DNA of 64,000 bases from an uncultured Bacteroides sp. (GCF_947632445.1 NZ_CANRPM010000011.1:1593-65592), one strand, 5' to 3'; counted from the stretch's first letter, positions 29,716 through 39,072 are shown. The notes: generated by a model not told the origin, from the letters alone. Numbers and translations: made by a program.

Positions 29716-31491
29716 TTAATTGATGCAATCTATCACATCTTCAGCTTTTGCGATATTTAATATTTGGAACACACCGATGGTATTGTCCATGTGCGATGAC
29801 TGCAAAGGCTGTATATACATGTTTCTCAAATGATAACAGTCATCAAATTCTGTTTTGTCATATTTTATGGTATGACAGTCGGATGCCAAAAAGAAATTTA
29901 TCTGTTGATTTATGTCCTGTCCATCCATCCGTGCATATCCAATGAAAGGACGGGACTTCTGAATTAATGGTTCAAACAGTTCGGAAAATGATTCTGGCGT
30001 TGATAGATCAATGATAAAGGGATTGTTCTTATCCCAAGTTAGTTTTTTATAATTATTGAAGAATGACTCATCCATATATTGGGTAATGATATCGTCGAGT
30101 TCTTTAATATCATCACGGTGTTGCCATTCATCCATAATATCACTCAATATATCCTGCAGTTCGAATGTATCTACTTTGCTTTTGTCTATCAAAGTTTCGC
30201 TTTTCGACGACTCATCCCAGACCTTACCTTTCAATGCTATGTTGGCATTCTTTAATGCTATTTCGGCCGATTCTACTTGAGAGCATATTTCCTGATAGTT
30301 TTCTAACTCTCCGAATAGTTTACGAAGCCGGGTATAATCTTTATCCAGTTGTTCTTTAAGACTGGTTATATCTTTCTTTTGAGGATCGGATTGAGGCATA
30401 GTGTGTGGTTGTCTTTTGAATTTAGGCCAAAAAGACAATAGACATCCATTTTTTCTTTTCTTATTTGTATCAGAAGGGTGGGTGGTGTTCGATAACGTTT
30501 TCTGCTCGATGTATTCACGCATTGCATTATATGCTTCATCTGTTCGCAGATACTGTTCGTATCTTTCGGTTTCCTGTATCAACTCCTCGAAATGATCATT
30601 CCTCTTTTTTGTAAAAGGAACGTTAAGATAAACTTTTAATATTTCTTCGATACTTGCCCCTTGCATTTGTTCGCCATACCGTCGCAGGTTAATCACGGCT
30701 TCTTTTAATTCCTTCTGCCAGCAGTCTGGTTGTTCTTCCAAAGGCTTCTTATAGTCGTAAAGTGTATTGAAATAGTCATTGGATTTATCTTTCAAATGGC
30801 GTTGGTCGTTAAGATTACTTTCTATAGCTGTTTTCTTCAGTTTCAACTTTAGATACTCGCAAATATCCACTGCCTGATATTGTCGTTCGGCATAGCCTAC
30901 TGAGGTTATCTTATCCCTAAATGCACCTGATATCTTATAGTTGGAGTCCGCAGAACTCATTAAGCAGAATAGGCGTGAAAGCATGCGGGCTAATCGGTGG
31001 GAATTCATGTTGGTCGCCTTGTCCTCGAAATCTTGATTGTTTAGGTAAAGGATATTTGTTTGGATATGATCACTTTCCTGCATCTCCAATAATTGCTTTG
31101 CCACTGTGCATTCCGGCCTTATAGTGACATCGTCATACTTGTCTAAATCGTAAGCCAATGCTACAATAACAACTCGGATACTGGTTTGTTTCAGACCGTT
31201 GGTTCTTTCCAGTGCTTGATAAACCGTGATTATACTATCCGCATCCTCTTCAGAAAGTAACTCAGATAACATAAAAATGTTTAAGGAACTATTATTCTCG
31301 GATTTGTAGCGGTGCTGGGCAATCAAGTTTGATAAGTCGTCTTTCAATCTCGTTTGGTCAGAGAAATGGTCGGAGTCGATATTCCAACTTGATGACAGAG
31401 TTTCTCCTGCCGGATGAAACTTTTCGATTTCATCCAGCAGGGATTTAACAGATTCCTTTATTCCAAGAATAATGAAATTTGATGAAGCCAT
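29716..31491 (-). CDS. Hypothetical protein; probable inactive paralogue of the upstream tubulin-like protein
   Basis: 591 aa; co-linear strand motifs with the 919-aa protein (IDSD vs IDTD, ILYLNN vs AYIINN, TSVGYAE vs ASMGSAE) but no glycine loops. Manual alignment only. Confidence 0.6.
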   Translation of the reverse strand: MASSNFIILGIKESVKSLLDEIEKFHPAGETLSSSWNIDSDHFSDQTRLKDDLSNLIAQHRYKSENNSSLNIFMLSELLSEEDADSIITVYQALERTNGLKQTSIRVVIVALAYDLDKYDDVTIRPECTVAKQLLEMQESDHIQTNILYLNNQDFEDKATNMNSHRLARMLSRLFCLMSSADSNYKISGAFRDKITSVGYAERQYQAVDICEYLKLKLKKTAIESNLNDQRHLKDKSNDYFNTLYDYKKPLEEQPDCWQKELKEAVINLRRYGEQMQGASIEEILKVYLNVPFTKKRNDHFEELIQETERYEQYLRTDEAYNAMREYIEQKTLSNTTHPSDTNKKRKNGCLLSFWPKFKRQPHTMPQSDPQKKDITSLKEQLDKDYTRLRKLFGELENYQEICSQVESAEIALKNANIALKGKVWDESSKSETLIDKSKVDTFELQDILSDIMDEWQHRDDIKELDDIITQYMDESFFNNYKKLTWDKNNPFIIDLSTPESFSELFEPLIQKSRPFIGYARMDGQDINQQINFFLASDCHTIKYDKTEFDDCYHLRNMYIQPLQSSHMDNTIGVFQILNIAKAEDVIDCIN

Positions 31492-31510
31492 AACCCATAG
31501 ATCTTAAAAA

Positions 31511-34270
31511 TTACAATCCGTCGGCTACCAAATTGATTTCATCCATAACCAACTCTATCAAGGCTTGGTAGTGTAGTCTGTCTTCCAGGTGTCTTTTTTC
31601 TTCGTCAGGCAACTGTGAATAGTCGTTTTGATAGTTGTCGGAGTTCACTTCGTTCAATACCTCTTTTACATGTTCCAATCCTTTTCTTTTAGTTATCAAG
31701 TCTATCTCTCTCTTGACATCCTGATATAATTCCATGTTGACATAGTTTAAGTATGCCACTTCGCGTGTATCTCCAATGTCAAGACGGTAATGGTTGATGG
31801 GATTTCCTCTCTGACGAGACCTAATCCAATATTGTTGGCTTCCGTCATCGTAATGAATCAAACCGAAAATGAAGCCCTTCACCCAAAATTCTATTTTATT
31901 AGGTCCAACATCGGGCGGTGTGGGCATTAAATTAAACTTTTCACTTCTCATACGTAAGTTCCATTGTTCATCAATGTATCCGGCCAATGAGGTTTGAATG
32001 TATTCACGCTGATAGATTGTCGTGTTACCCACTGCATATATGGGAGCGCAACAACTCATAATCAGGATTAAAATTCTATTCTTTTCTTCTGTTGAAATGT
32101 AAGTAGGTTCGTGGCCGCTTTCAACAAACAAATTGGCCAATTTCGTTTCTTTAAAAATGTTTCTGTTGGCATCTGCACATCCAACCAAAATAAATTTGAC
32201 CAACGGTAGCGGCTGATTTACATACCCTTGTGTGTTTATTTTCCAAAGAGGGGATGCCATTACTTTTACCTTTTCGATGTAACTATTTGCTTTTTCAGGT
32301 GTTTGTTCGTAAACTTTCTGAAGATACTCATTGATGGTTACGGCAAAGGCTGCGCGTACTTCTTGGGTTTCGTTTGCCCAACGGCGCATTACTTCAAATA
32401 ATTCTAGATTATTCAAGCCAATCAGACTTTTTATATCTTGGTGTTTCAAAAAATCCAAAATGTCCTGTGCAGTGGCTTCACGTGTGCGATTTACTTCTTC
32501 GCCATGAATGTAGACTTGGAAATTTAAATCACGTTGTGCATCCCTTTGTATTTTCAAATTGGCAGAATCCATGTCTTTTGCAACTTGCTGGAGTGTGTTT
32601 TCAAGTGCATTTATTTTATTTTGCCACACCCCTATGCTTTGTCTTAAGTGGGCATACACTTGAATAGCATAGCTTCGGCGTATTGATTCTCGAATAGCTT
32701 CCACGTGCATACGGATTTCTTCGCTTAAGGCTTCTGCCGCATCCTTGTCTATGGGACTGAATAGTGCGGGTAATCCGCTATTTTTTATTGCATTGACCGC
32801 TTCGTTCCAAGGCTGATGATTATTCACTCTCTCGTCAAATTGTTTCTTCTCATTGTCCATTTCCTCTTCACAGGTTTGTATGGCAGTTAACAAGCTTGAC
32901 AAGAAATCGGCAATATCTCCTACGCCATTTTGTGTGTTAATGTTATTGGTAATGTATTTATCTAACTCCTTGTCAACTGTGCATATCTTGTTGTCATACG
33001 TTTTTCTAATAGTAGACTCGGTTGCAGCCTTTATGTAATTGTCAATCTGATTTTGGTCACTGTCTTTACTTAGATCAATGGGAGAGAATGGGCAAATAGG
33101 ATCCAAGAGGCTGTCTATGAGCATGTCCGCATTGTGTTCTTGTACAGCCACATTGGGGTCTGACATCCATGTCAAAGCATTTTGTAAGCCGTTATTATTT
33201 TTCTTGCAAAGTTCATCGCATGCGCTCTTTATCATGGAATATCCGATGTAATCGCCCACTGCCTGAGAATCGTATATTAGTTCTGCACTACCCATAGACG
33301 CCGTCCATGCTTTTTTATTGAGTACTTCGAAAGCTTTCATATGCTTTGCCACATTGTCCATTGGCGATGTGATACCTTGTCCCAATTGGTTGCTGGGCAA
33401 AAACATGCTTCGGCCTATCGAATCGGTTAATTCATTGATACTTTGAAAGCAGACGCCTTTTTCGTTCGTGTTATTGATGATATAGGCATATCTAATATTG
33501 GGGTCCAATGTATTAATCCTGTCGAACCCGAAATCTAAAGGATTTTGATTATCGGCCGGTAAATGGAACAGGTAGTCCAGTTCCTGTAAGAAACCGAATG
33601 CGTTGTTATGTACATTGAACGACGGTACGCCAGGAGCCATTCTGCGAAAGACGTCGGGCATCACAATCCACGGATAGATACGGTAATTAGTACCTAATGC
33701 CTGAGCCGCATTTGACACCAACATCAGGATATCAAGCATCATACCACTTCCTGTTCCACCGGCTGTACTGCCTACTACATTGATAATGGTAGGCCATTCG
33801 TTCCCATTGCTGTCATAGTCATATTGAAAACGATAATCAACAGGTAGAGGTGCGGCAATATTGCTTATCTTTTGTTGGACTTGATTTTGGATATGTTTGG
33901 CGTTGAATCGTGCGATGAATCGACCATTAGAACGTACCTGCCCTGCTCCATCAGCTGATATGGTTTTCAGCGAGTCTGTATTAACCGAGGGAATCCACGA
34001 ATACAAATTACGATTGTTTGTGTAGACTTGCAGAGCCATAGGTACGGAACAAACCAACAACTCATTATGATCTAATGCTACCTTGCCATGCTTTGCCGAA
34101 ATTATAAATTTGTTCTTCGCCTGCCCATCGGTATCAATAGCTAAGAAGCCTATCATCTTGGGGATTTCTCCATAGGTATCCAAAAAACATTGTTTGGTGC
34201 GGAGAATTGCCATTACACCGGTGCCACCTAATCCGATGTAGAGTGTCTTTGTAATTTTTGTTGTTGCCAT
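31511..34270 (-). CDS. Tubulin/FtsZ-like GTPase with long helical C-terminal extension (Tubulin_2 type)
   Basis: KTLYIGLGGTG, FLAIDTD, GAGQVRSNGR, tubulin signature VGSTAGGTGSG, NAF..L.EL; 919 aa. Confidence 0.88.
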   Translation of the reverse strand: MATTKITKTLYIGLGGTGVMAILRTKQCFLDTYGEIPKMIGFLAIDTDGQAKNKFIISAKHGKVALDHNELLVCSVPMALQVYTNNRNLYSWIPSVNTDSLKTISADGAGQVRSNGRFIARFNAKHIQNQVQQKISNIAAPLPVDYRFQYDYDSNGNEWPTIINVVGSTAGGTGSGMMLDILMLVSNAAQALGTNYRIYPWIVMPDVFRRMAPGVPSFNVHNNAFGFLQELDYLFHLPADNQNPLDFGFDRINTLDPNIRYAYIINNTNEKGVCFQSINELTDSIGRSMFLPSNQLGQGITSPMDNVAKHMKAFEVLNKKAWTASMGSAELIYDSQAVGDYIGYSMIKSACDELCKKNNNGLQNALTWMSDPNVAVQEHNADMLIDSLLDPICPFSPIDLSKDSDQNQIDNYIKAATESTIRKTYDNKICTVDKELDKYITNNINTQNGVGDIADFLSSLLTAIQTCEEEMDNEKKQFDERVNNHQPWNEAVNAIKNSGLPALFSPIDKDAAEALSEEIRMHVEAIRESIRRSYAIQVYAHLRQSIGVWQNKINALENTLQQVAKDMDSANLKIQRDAQRDLNFQVYIHGEEVNRTREATAQDILDFLKHQDIKSLIGLNNLELFEVMRRWANETQEVRAAFAVTINEYLQKVYEQTPEKANSYIEKVKVMASPLWKINTQGYVNQPLPLVKFILVGCADANRNIFKETKLANLFVESGHEPTYISTEEKNRILILIMSCCAPIYAVGNTTIYQREYIQTSLAGYIDEQWNLRMRSEKFNLMPTPPDVGPNKIEFWVKGFIFGLIHYDDGSQQYWIRSRQRGNPINHYRLDIGDTREVAYLNYVNMELYQDVKREIDLITKRKGLEHVKEVLNEVNSDNYQNDYSQLPDEEKRHLEDRLHYQALIELVMDEINLVADGL

Positions 34271-34289
34271 AATGATACGGATTAATAAT

Positions 34290-35195
34290 TTATTGTAATA
34301 GGATTGTCAATTTGTTTCCATCTCTCTGTTGAATGTTTATCCTGGTGTAGATATTTGCCGACGTAGGGGAAATTTGATAGGCGGAACTATTGTATCGAAC
34401 GATTATCTTCTTTCCATTCGCCTTGGGTATGAGCGTAATGGGGGATGTGAAATTTAGGTCGTTCTTGTAAAGTACCTTTCCAATCCAAATGCGGTTCCAG
34501 ATGGATTGCTTTTTTATATGTTGTCCTAATATTACTTTTCTGCAACCTCCCATGCGCAGTGTTGTTATTGGATTATGGGGAATAATAAGATTCTTTACTA
34601 CAGTATGACGGAATGTTGGATAGACTATTCTTCTCAAAAATACAAACCAAATGAGAATACTACAAAGAATAATGGCATATAAAATGAGTACCGTCTTTTT
34701 TAATGGATTCATCCGTTTGGTAAATGTAAACTGCCATTTGAAAATCTTTGTTTCGTTTCCGTTACTTATCTCAGTATCGTTTATTCGGTCAAGGTTATGG
34801 CTTGTGATAGTCAGATAACCACCTTTTGTTCCTTCCTTAGCTTGTGGAATGCAACGCATTTTCAATATATTTTCCGTATAGTCGCTTTTTATATCAAAGT
34901 GTGGATATTGTAATTTCATACCGTCAATATAGATTTCAAACAACTGCATATCAAGTGGCTGATCTTTTTCGTCGGTGAAATATAGGGTGGCATGACTGCT
35001 TGCCTCCTTGGCTTCCTTGTTGAATTGATATCGGATAGTTCTCTCGATAAAAGTTGTATCAGCATCTGTCCACCAAAATGAACTTGTATAGACTGACTTT
35101 CCCAATGGGGTAGATGGTACCGTTTCTTGGAAAGAACAGGAAAATACAAGACTAAGTAATAGTGCTACGCTTGTTAAACTGATGAAGTTTTTCAT
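34290..35195 (-). CDS. Lipoprotein-signal protein with an additional internal TM helix
   Basis: MKNF...LLLSLVFS-C lipobox; TM VLILYAIILCSILIWFVFL followed by RR; basic beta-rich C-terminal domain. Confidence 0.75.
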   Translation of the reverse strand: MKNFISLTSVALLLSLVFSCSFQETVPSTPLGKSVYTSSFWWTDADTTFIERTIRYQFNKEAKEASSHATLYFTDEKDQPLDMQLFEIYIDGMKLQYPHFDIKSDYTENILKMRCIPQAKEGTKGGYLTITSHNLDRINDTEISNGNETKIFKWQFTFTKRMNPLKKTVLILYAIILCSILIWFVFLRRIVYPTFRHTVVKNLIIPHNPITTLRMGGCRKVILGQHIKKQSIWNRIWIGKVLYKNDLNFTSPITLIPKANGKKIIVRYNSSAYQISPTSANIYTRINIQQRDGNKLTILLQ

Positions 35196-36238
35196 TCGAT
35201 AGATATTTTGAGAGTTCTTTCTTTTTTGTTAATGCAATGTATGGTGAGTTGTTCCGGGGTTATGAATGTGTATGGGCTTCCCCCTTCGTAATTAACCCTT
35301 AGATGAAGATCGAATTGTTCGGGAATATTCTGTGTATTCTTCAAACATAAAGAGAAGTGTATCTTTTCTTGATAGATGTCCATTGGAGCTGCCTGTAAAG
35401 TACAATATGGATTTTCTTCCAGATTTAAGTTAATCTTACCTTTAATATCCCGATAACTGCCAGACAGGGGAATGGTTAGATCCTTGTCGTCTCGCAAGTT
35501 ATAGGCTACTTGAGTCGGCATATTGCATATTTGGATAGATACATTGGCATCGGGTACTACCCAAAAGTTGGTTTGTTTGTCTATTGCTTTGCGGATATAA
35601 GGGACATCTGCAGCAGGATGTACTAAAATATAGAAACCATAAGAATATTGACCGGGATTTTGTGACTTTCGGTTCCAATCATTCAGTTCGGCCTGTAAGT
35701 CGCCAACTTCGTTGACGCCGTCGGTAAAGAGGAATAAGTAATTCACATATCCGTCCCGACACATGTCGTGATATTTGCGGATAGCATCCACAAGGTTCGT
35801 TTTATTGTCACCTACCGGTTTATAATGGAAGTTAGTAATGAAGTCTTTTAGTTGTGATTTCCCTTCAGGAGTGGCTTTTACACATACTGGGTCAAGAGTA
35901 CGCGTATAAAACGGTATGAGTATGATTTCGTTCATCGCATCATCTTCTATGTTTTCAATACTTTCTATCAACTTATATTTCAAAGATCTCCAGAGTCCAT
36001 TACCTGAAGATATAAAGGGAAGCGGGGAGTTATCCAAGTCTTTTTCTCCTTGTCTCTGGGGTAACAGTGATCCGCTTACATCCCAAAGAAAAATTCTGCG
36101 TTCGTTCAGTTGGGTATAAGCTACAGTGGGCATCAAAAAGACGAAAAAGAAGAATAACAGGATGGAGAAAGAATGTGATGTGTTGAAACATTCTCTTTCT
36201 TGAGATCCTTTAAGATGATGATATACGCGGTTTGTCAT
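35192..36238 (-). CDS. Exported von Willebrand factor A domain protein
   Basis: Hydrophobic signal; MIDAS elements IFLWDVSGS, KTN, LFLFTDG; beta-rich C-terminal domain; stop overlaps next start. Confidence 0.85.
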   Translation of the reverse strand: MTNRVYHHLKGSQERECFNTSHSFSILLFFFFVFLMPTVAYTQLNERRIFLWDVSGSLLPQRQGEKDLDNSPLPFISSGNGLWRSLKYKLIESIENIEDDAMNEIILIPFYTRTLDPVCVKATPEGKSQLKDFITNFHYKPVGDNKTNLVDAIRKYHDMCRDGYVNYLFLFTDGVNEVGDLQAELNDWNRKSQNPGQYSYGFYILVHPAADVPYIRKAIDKQTNFWVVPDANVSIQICNMPTQVAYNLRDDKDLTIPLSGSYRDIKGKINLNLEENPYCTLQAAPMDIYQEKIHFSLCLKNTQNIPEQFDLHLRVNYEGGSPYTFITPEQLTIHCINKKERTLKISIE

Positions 36239-36312
36239 GGCATCATTTATATGTCAATCAGCAGACTCCCCACACTGAATTATGTTATGGAATATTTCAG
36301 GTTGCCATATAC

Positions 36313-36530
36313 AAAAAAGCGCGGGAATCTGTACTTGTTACTCGTCCCACGTATCAAGGCCTTCGCATTGCCCACTCAGTCAAAACGAGCAACGCAGAAG
36401 CCCACGCAGATATGTATAACAACTTCCTGCACATCTTCTATAAAGTACAGGAAGGGTATAAACATATCCCGCAGACATCTACTGTTGCTTTGTTTTAGAC
36501 TGAGTTCAAAGTTTGCGAAGTTTTGATACG
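36313..36530 (-). ncRNA. Structured 5' leader (long nested hairpin with poly-U tail) upstream of the vWA/tubulin operon
   Basis: Nested IRs: CGTATCAA..CTTCGCA / TTGCGAAG..TTGATACG; ACTCAGTC..AAAAC.AGCAAC / GTTGCT..GTTTTAGACTGAGT; GATATGT / ACATATC; CTTCCTG / CAGGAAG; tail TCCCGCGCTTTTTTGTAT on minus strand. Confidence 0.6.
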
Positions 36531-36575
36531 TCAAAAACAAAACGTAAAGTAAACGTCTTTTTTATATATGTTTGT

Positions 36576-36636
36576 TTCCATACATTCGCAACTATAGTTG
36601 AGAACTTGTATGGAACGCAGTGACAAATGTATGGAA
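36576..36636. promoter_or_regulatory. 40-bp palindrome plus third half-site TGTATGGAA
   Basis: TTCCATACA-TTCGCAACT-AT-AGTTGAGAA-CT-TGTATGGAA (36576-36615); TGTATGGAA again at 36628-36636. Confidence 0.45.
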
Positions 36637-36788
36637 TAATTTTCTAATAGTAATGAGTTTTATAAAAAATGTAGATGCCTTTTTCAGATTTTTCCTTTTT
36701 ATGTGTCTATATTTGTATTTCTTTTGACTGGATAAGGGATTTTTTCAGGAACTATTGATGTGAACGGAAAACGTGTTTATATAAAAAT

Positions 36789-36874
36789 GGCACGCAGATA
36801 GCGCAAATGAATCAGATGACCGCAGATTAAATATATCTGTGCAAATTTTGTTCCATCTGTGTTATCTGTGTGCC
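36789..36874. repeat. REP-like palindrome of the same family as 7765-7838
   Basis: GGCACGCAGATA ... TATCTGTGTGCC with internal CAGAT/ATCTG repeats. Confidence 0.65.
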
Positions 36875-36909
36875 AATATCTTTTTCTCAGCACATAACCC
36901 ATCTGTGGG

Positions 36910-37734
36910 CTACAGAATAGCTTTCAGCTGCCCGGCCATCTGTGTCTGCACTTCCTGTGCGGCCTTGCGGCTGGCGGCGGCGAAGCTTTCCGTCTTATCC
37001 ACGTAGATGATACCTCGGCTGGAGTTGACAATGAGGCCGCACTCCTTTGTCATGCCATACTTGCAGACTTCTTCCAGCGAGCCACCCTGTGCACCTACGC
37101 CCGGTACGAGCAGGAAGTGGTTGGGTACAATCTTACGGATGTCCTCGAACATGCGGCCTTGTGTGGCACCCACTACGTACATCATGTTCTCGTCGTTGGC
37201 CCATTCCTGTGATTTGCGGAGTACTTTCTCGAAGAGGCGTTCGCCATCTTTATCTTCTGTCAGCTGGAAGTCATGCGAACCCTTGTTGCTGTTCAGTGCC
37301 AGCAGGATGACCCACTTGCCTTCGTAGGTGAGGAACGGTGTTACGCTGTCTTCACCCATGTAGGGAGCCACAGTCACGGAGTCGATGTTCAGTTCCTCGA
37401 AGAAGGTGCGGGCATACATAGCCGACGTGTTGCCAATATCGCCGCGCTTGGCGTCGGCAATGATAAATTGGTCGGGATAGTTCTGTTTGATGTAGTTCAC
37501 CGTCTTCTCGAAGGCCATCCATCCCTTCACGCCCATGCTCTCGTAGAAAGCCAGGTTGGGCTTGTAGGCGATACATAGGTCCTGCGTTGCGTCGATGATA
37601 GCCTTATTGAAAGCGAAGATAGGATCTTCTTCTTTCAGTAGATGTTCGGGAATTTTCTTGATGTCCGTATCGAGTCCTACGCAGAGGAACGATTGTTTGC
37701 GCTTGATGTTTTCAAAGAGTTGTTGCTTGTTCAT
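36910..37734 (-). CDS. pyrF: Orotidine-5'-phosphate decarboxylase
   Basis: [55 protein letters not shown]. Confidence 0.97.
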   Translation of the reverse strand: MNKQQLFENIKRKQSFLCVGLDTDIKKIPEHLLKEEDPIFAFNKAIIDATQDLCIAYKPNLAFYESMGVKGWMAFEKTVNYIKQNYPDQFIIADAKRGDIGNTSAMYARTFFEELNIDSVTVAPYMGEDSVTPFLTYEGKWVILLALNSNKGSHDFQLTEDKDGERLFEKVLRKSQEWANDENMMYVVGATQGRMFEDIRKIVPNHFLLVPGVGAQGGSLEEVCKYGMTKECGLIVNSSRGIIYVDKTESFAAASRKAAQEVQTQMAGQLKAIL

Positions 37735-37755
37735 ATCTTCTGTTTTTAAATGGTG

Positions 37756-38868
37756 TTACAATTCGCTTTCCTTTAGCCGTTCTGCATTCTCGGCCACGAT
37801 GAGGTGGTCGATGCAATCCTGTATGTCGCCGTCCATGAAGGCAGCCAGGTTGTAGACGGTATAGTTGATGCGGTGGTCGGTGATGCGTCCTTGCGGATAG
37901 TTGTAGGTACGTATCTTGGCCGAACGGTCGCCTGTGGAGACCATCGTCTTGCGTTTGGAGGCGATGTCGTCGATATACTTCTGATGCTCCTTGTCGTAGA
38001 TGAAGGTGCGCAGGCGCGAGAGGGCACGCTCCTTGTTCTTGGGCTGGTCGCGTGTCTCGGTACACTCGATGAGAATTTCTTCTACTACGCCTGTTAACGG
38101 GTTCTTCCAGTTGTAGCGCAGGCGCACGCCCGACTCTACTTTGTTCACGTTCTGACCGCCTGCACCGCCGCTTCGGAAAGTATCCCATTTGATTTCGCCT
38201 TCATTGATCACCACGTCGAACTCCTCGGCTTCGGGCAGTACGGCTACCGAGGCGGCCGAGGTATGCACACGGCCTTGTGTTTCCGTAGTAGGTACTCGCT
38301 GGACGCGGTGCACGCCCGACTCATATTTCAGCGTGCCATACACATTCTCGCCCGTAACGAAGCAGATGATTTCCTTGAAGCCGCCGACGGCCCCTTCGTT
38401 GGCGCTGGATACTTCGAGCTTCCAGCCCTTGATGTCACAATATTTGGAGTACATGCGGAAGAGGTCGCCGGCAAAGAGGGCCGCTTCGTCGCCGCCCGTG
38501 CCGCCACGTATCTCGAGGATGGCGTTGCGGCTGTCCTGCGGGTCGGCCGGAACAAGCAGCAATTTGATGTGCTCCTCCAGTTCGGGCAGGCGGACTTGGC
38601 AGGTGTCGAGTTCCTCGCGGGCCATATCGCGCATCTCGGCATCGCTTTCGTTGGCGATGATGTCCTTGGCCTCGTCAATCCCGTTCAGCACCTGTATGTA
38701 TTCCTTGCGGGTATTCATCAGATCGCTCAGTTCCTTGTATTCTTTCGTGAGCTTGACGTACCGCTTCTGGTCGGCAATGACTGCCGGATCGGTAATCAAT
38801 GTCGACACTTCCTCAAAGCGGGCCACAAGGCTGTCTAACTTTTCCAGTATAGTGTTGTTTTCTGCCAT
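37756..38868 (-). CDS. prfA: Peptide chain release factor 1
   Basis: GGDEAALF, YESGVHRVQRVPTTE, GGAGGQNVNK, RTYNYPQGR; PxT specificity motif. Confidence 0.97.
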   Translation of the reverse strand: MAENNTILEKLDSLVARFEEVSTLITDPAVIADQKRYVKLTKEYKELSDLMNTRKEYIQVLNGIDEAKDIIANESDAEMRDMAREELDTCQVRLPELEEHIKLLLVPADPQDSRNAILEIRGGTGGDEAALFAGDLFRMYSKYCDIKGWKLEVSSANEGAVGGFKEIICFVTGENVYGTLKYESGVHRVQRVPTTETQGRVHTSAASVAVLPEAEEFDVVINEGEIKWDTFRSGGAGGQNVNKVESGVRLRYNWKNPLTGVVEEILIECTETRDQPKNKERALSRLRTFIYDKEHQKYIDDIASKRKTMVSTGDRSAKIRTYNYPQGRITDHRINYTVYNLAAFMDGDIQDCIDHLIVAENAERLKESEL

Positions 38869-39072
38869 TTATTTCGTATTACTTTCAGATAAATCTTCGT
38901 TATAGACTTCTTTCAACAGCTTGCGTGCTGAAACTTCAAGAGTTCCTCCGGCATAATTCCCTTCCACAACGTTTTCGTTGCGTAAAGCCTTTTCACGCAG
39001 GAGTATGTAGCGTGAGCGCTTCAGTCCTTCGCGCAACTTTTGCCTGAATTCGGTTCTTTCATTCTCTGACAT
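38869..39072 (-). CDS. Small hypothetical protein abutting prfA
   Basis: 67 aa, good ATG context, stop directly adjacent to the prfA ATG. Confidence 0.6.
   Translation of the reverse strand: MSENERTEFRQKLREGLKRSRYILLREKALRNENVVEGNYAGGTLEVSARKLLKEVYNEDLSESNTK

Noticed and set aside
31511-34270. Calling the tubulin-like gene ftsZ or a TubZ partition gene
   Set aside because: More than twice FtsZ length, no dcw context, no FtsZ T7 loop evident, no TubR or centromere repeats.
27391-36909. Target-site duplication or att sites for the pyrF-HD insert
   Set aside because: No direct repeat found at the two junctions by eye; no integrase or tRNA nearby.
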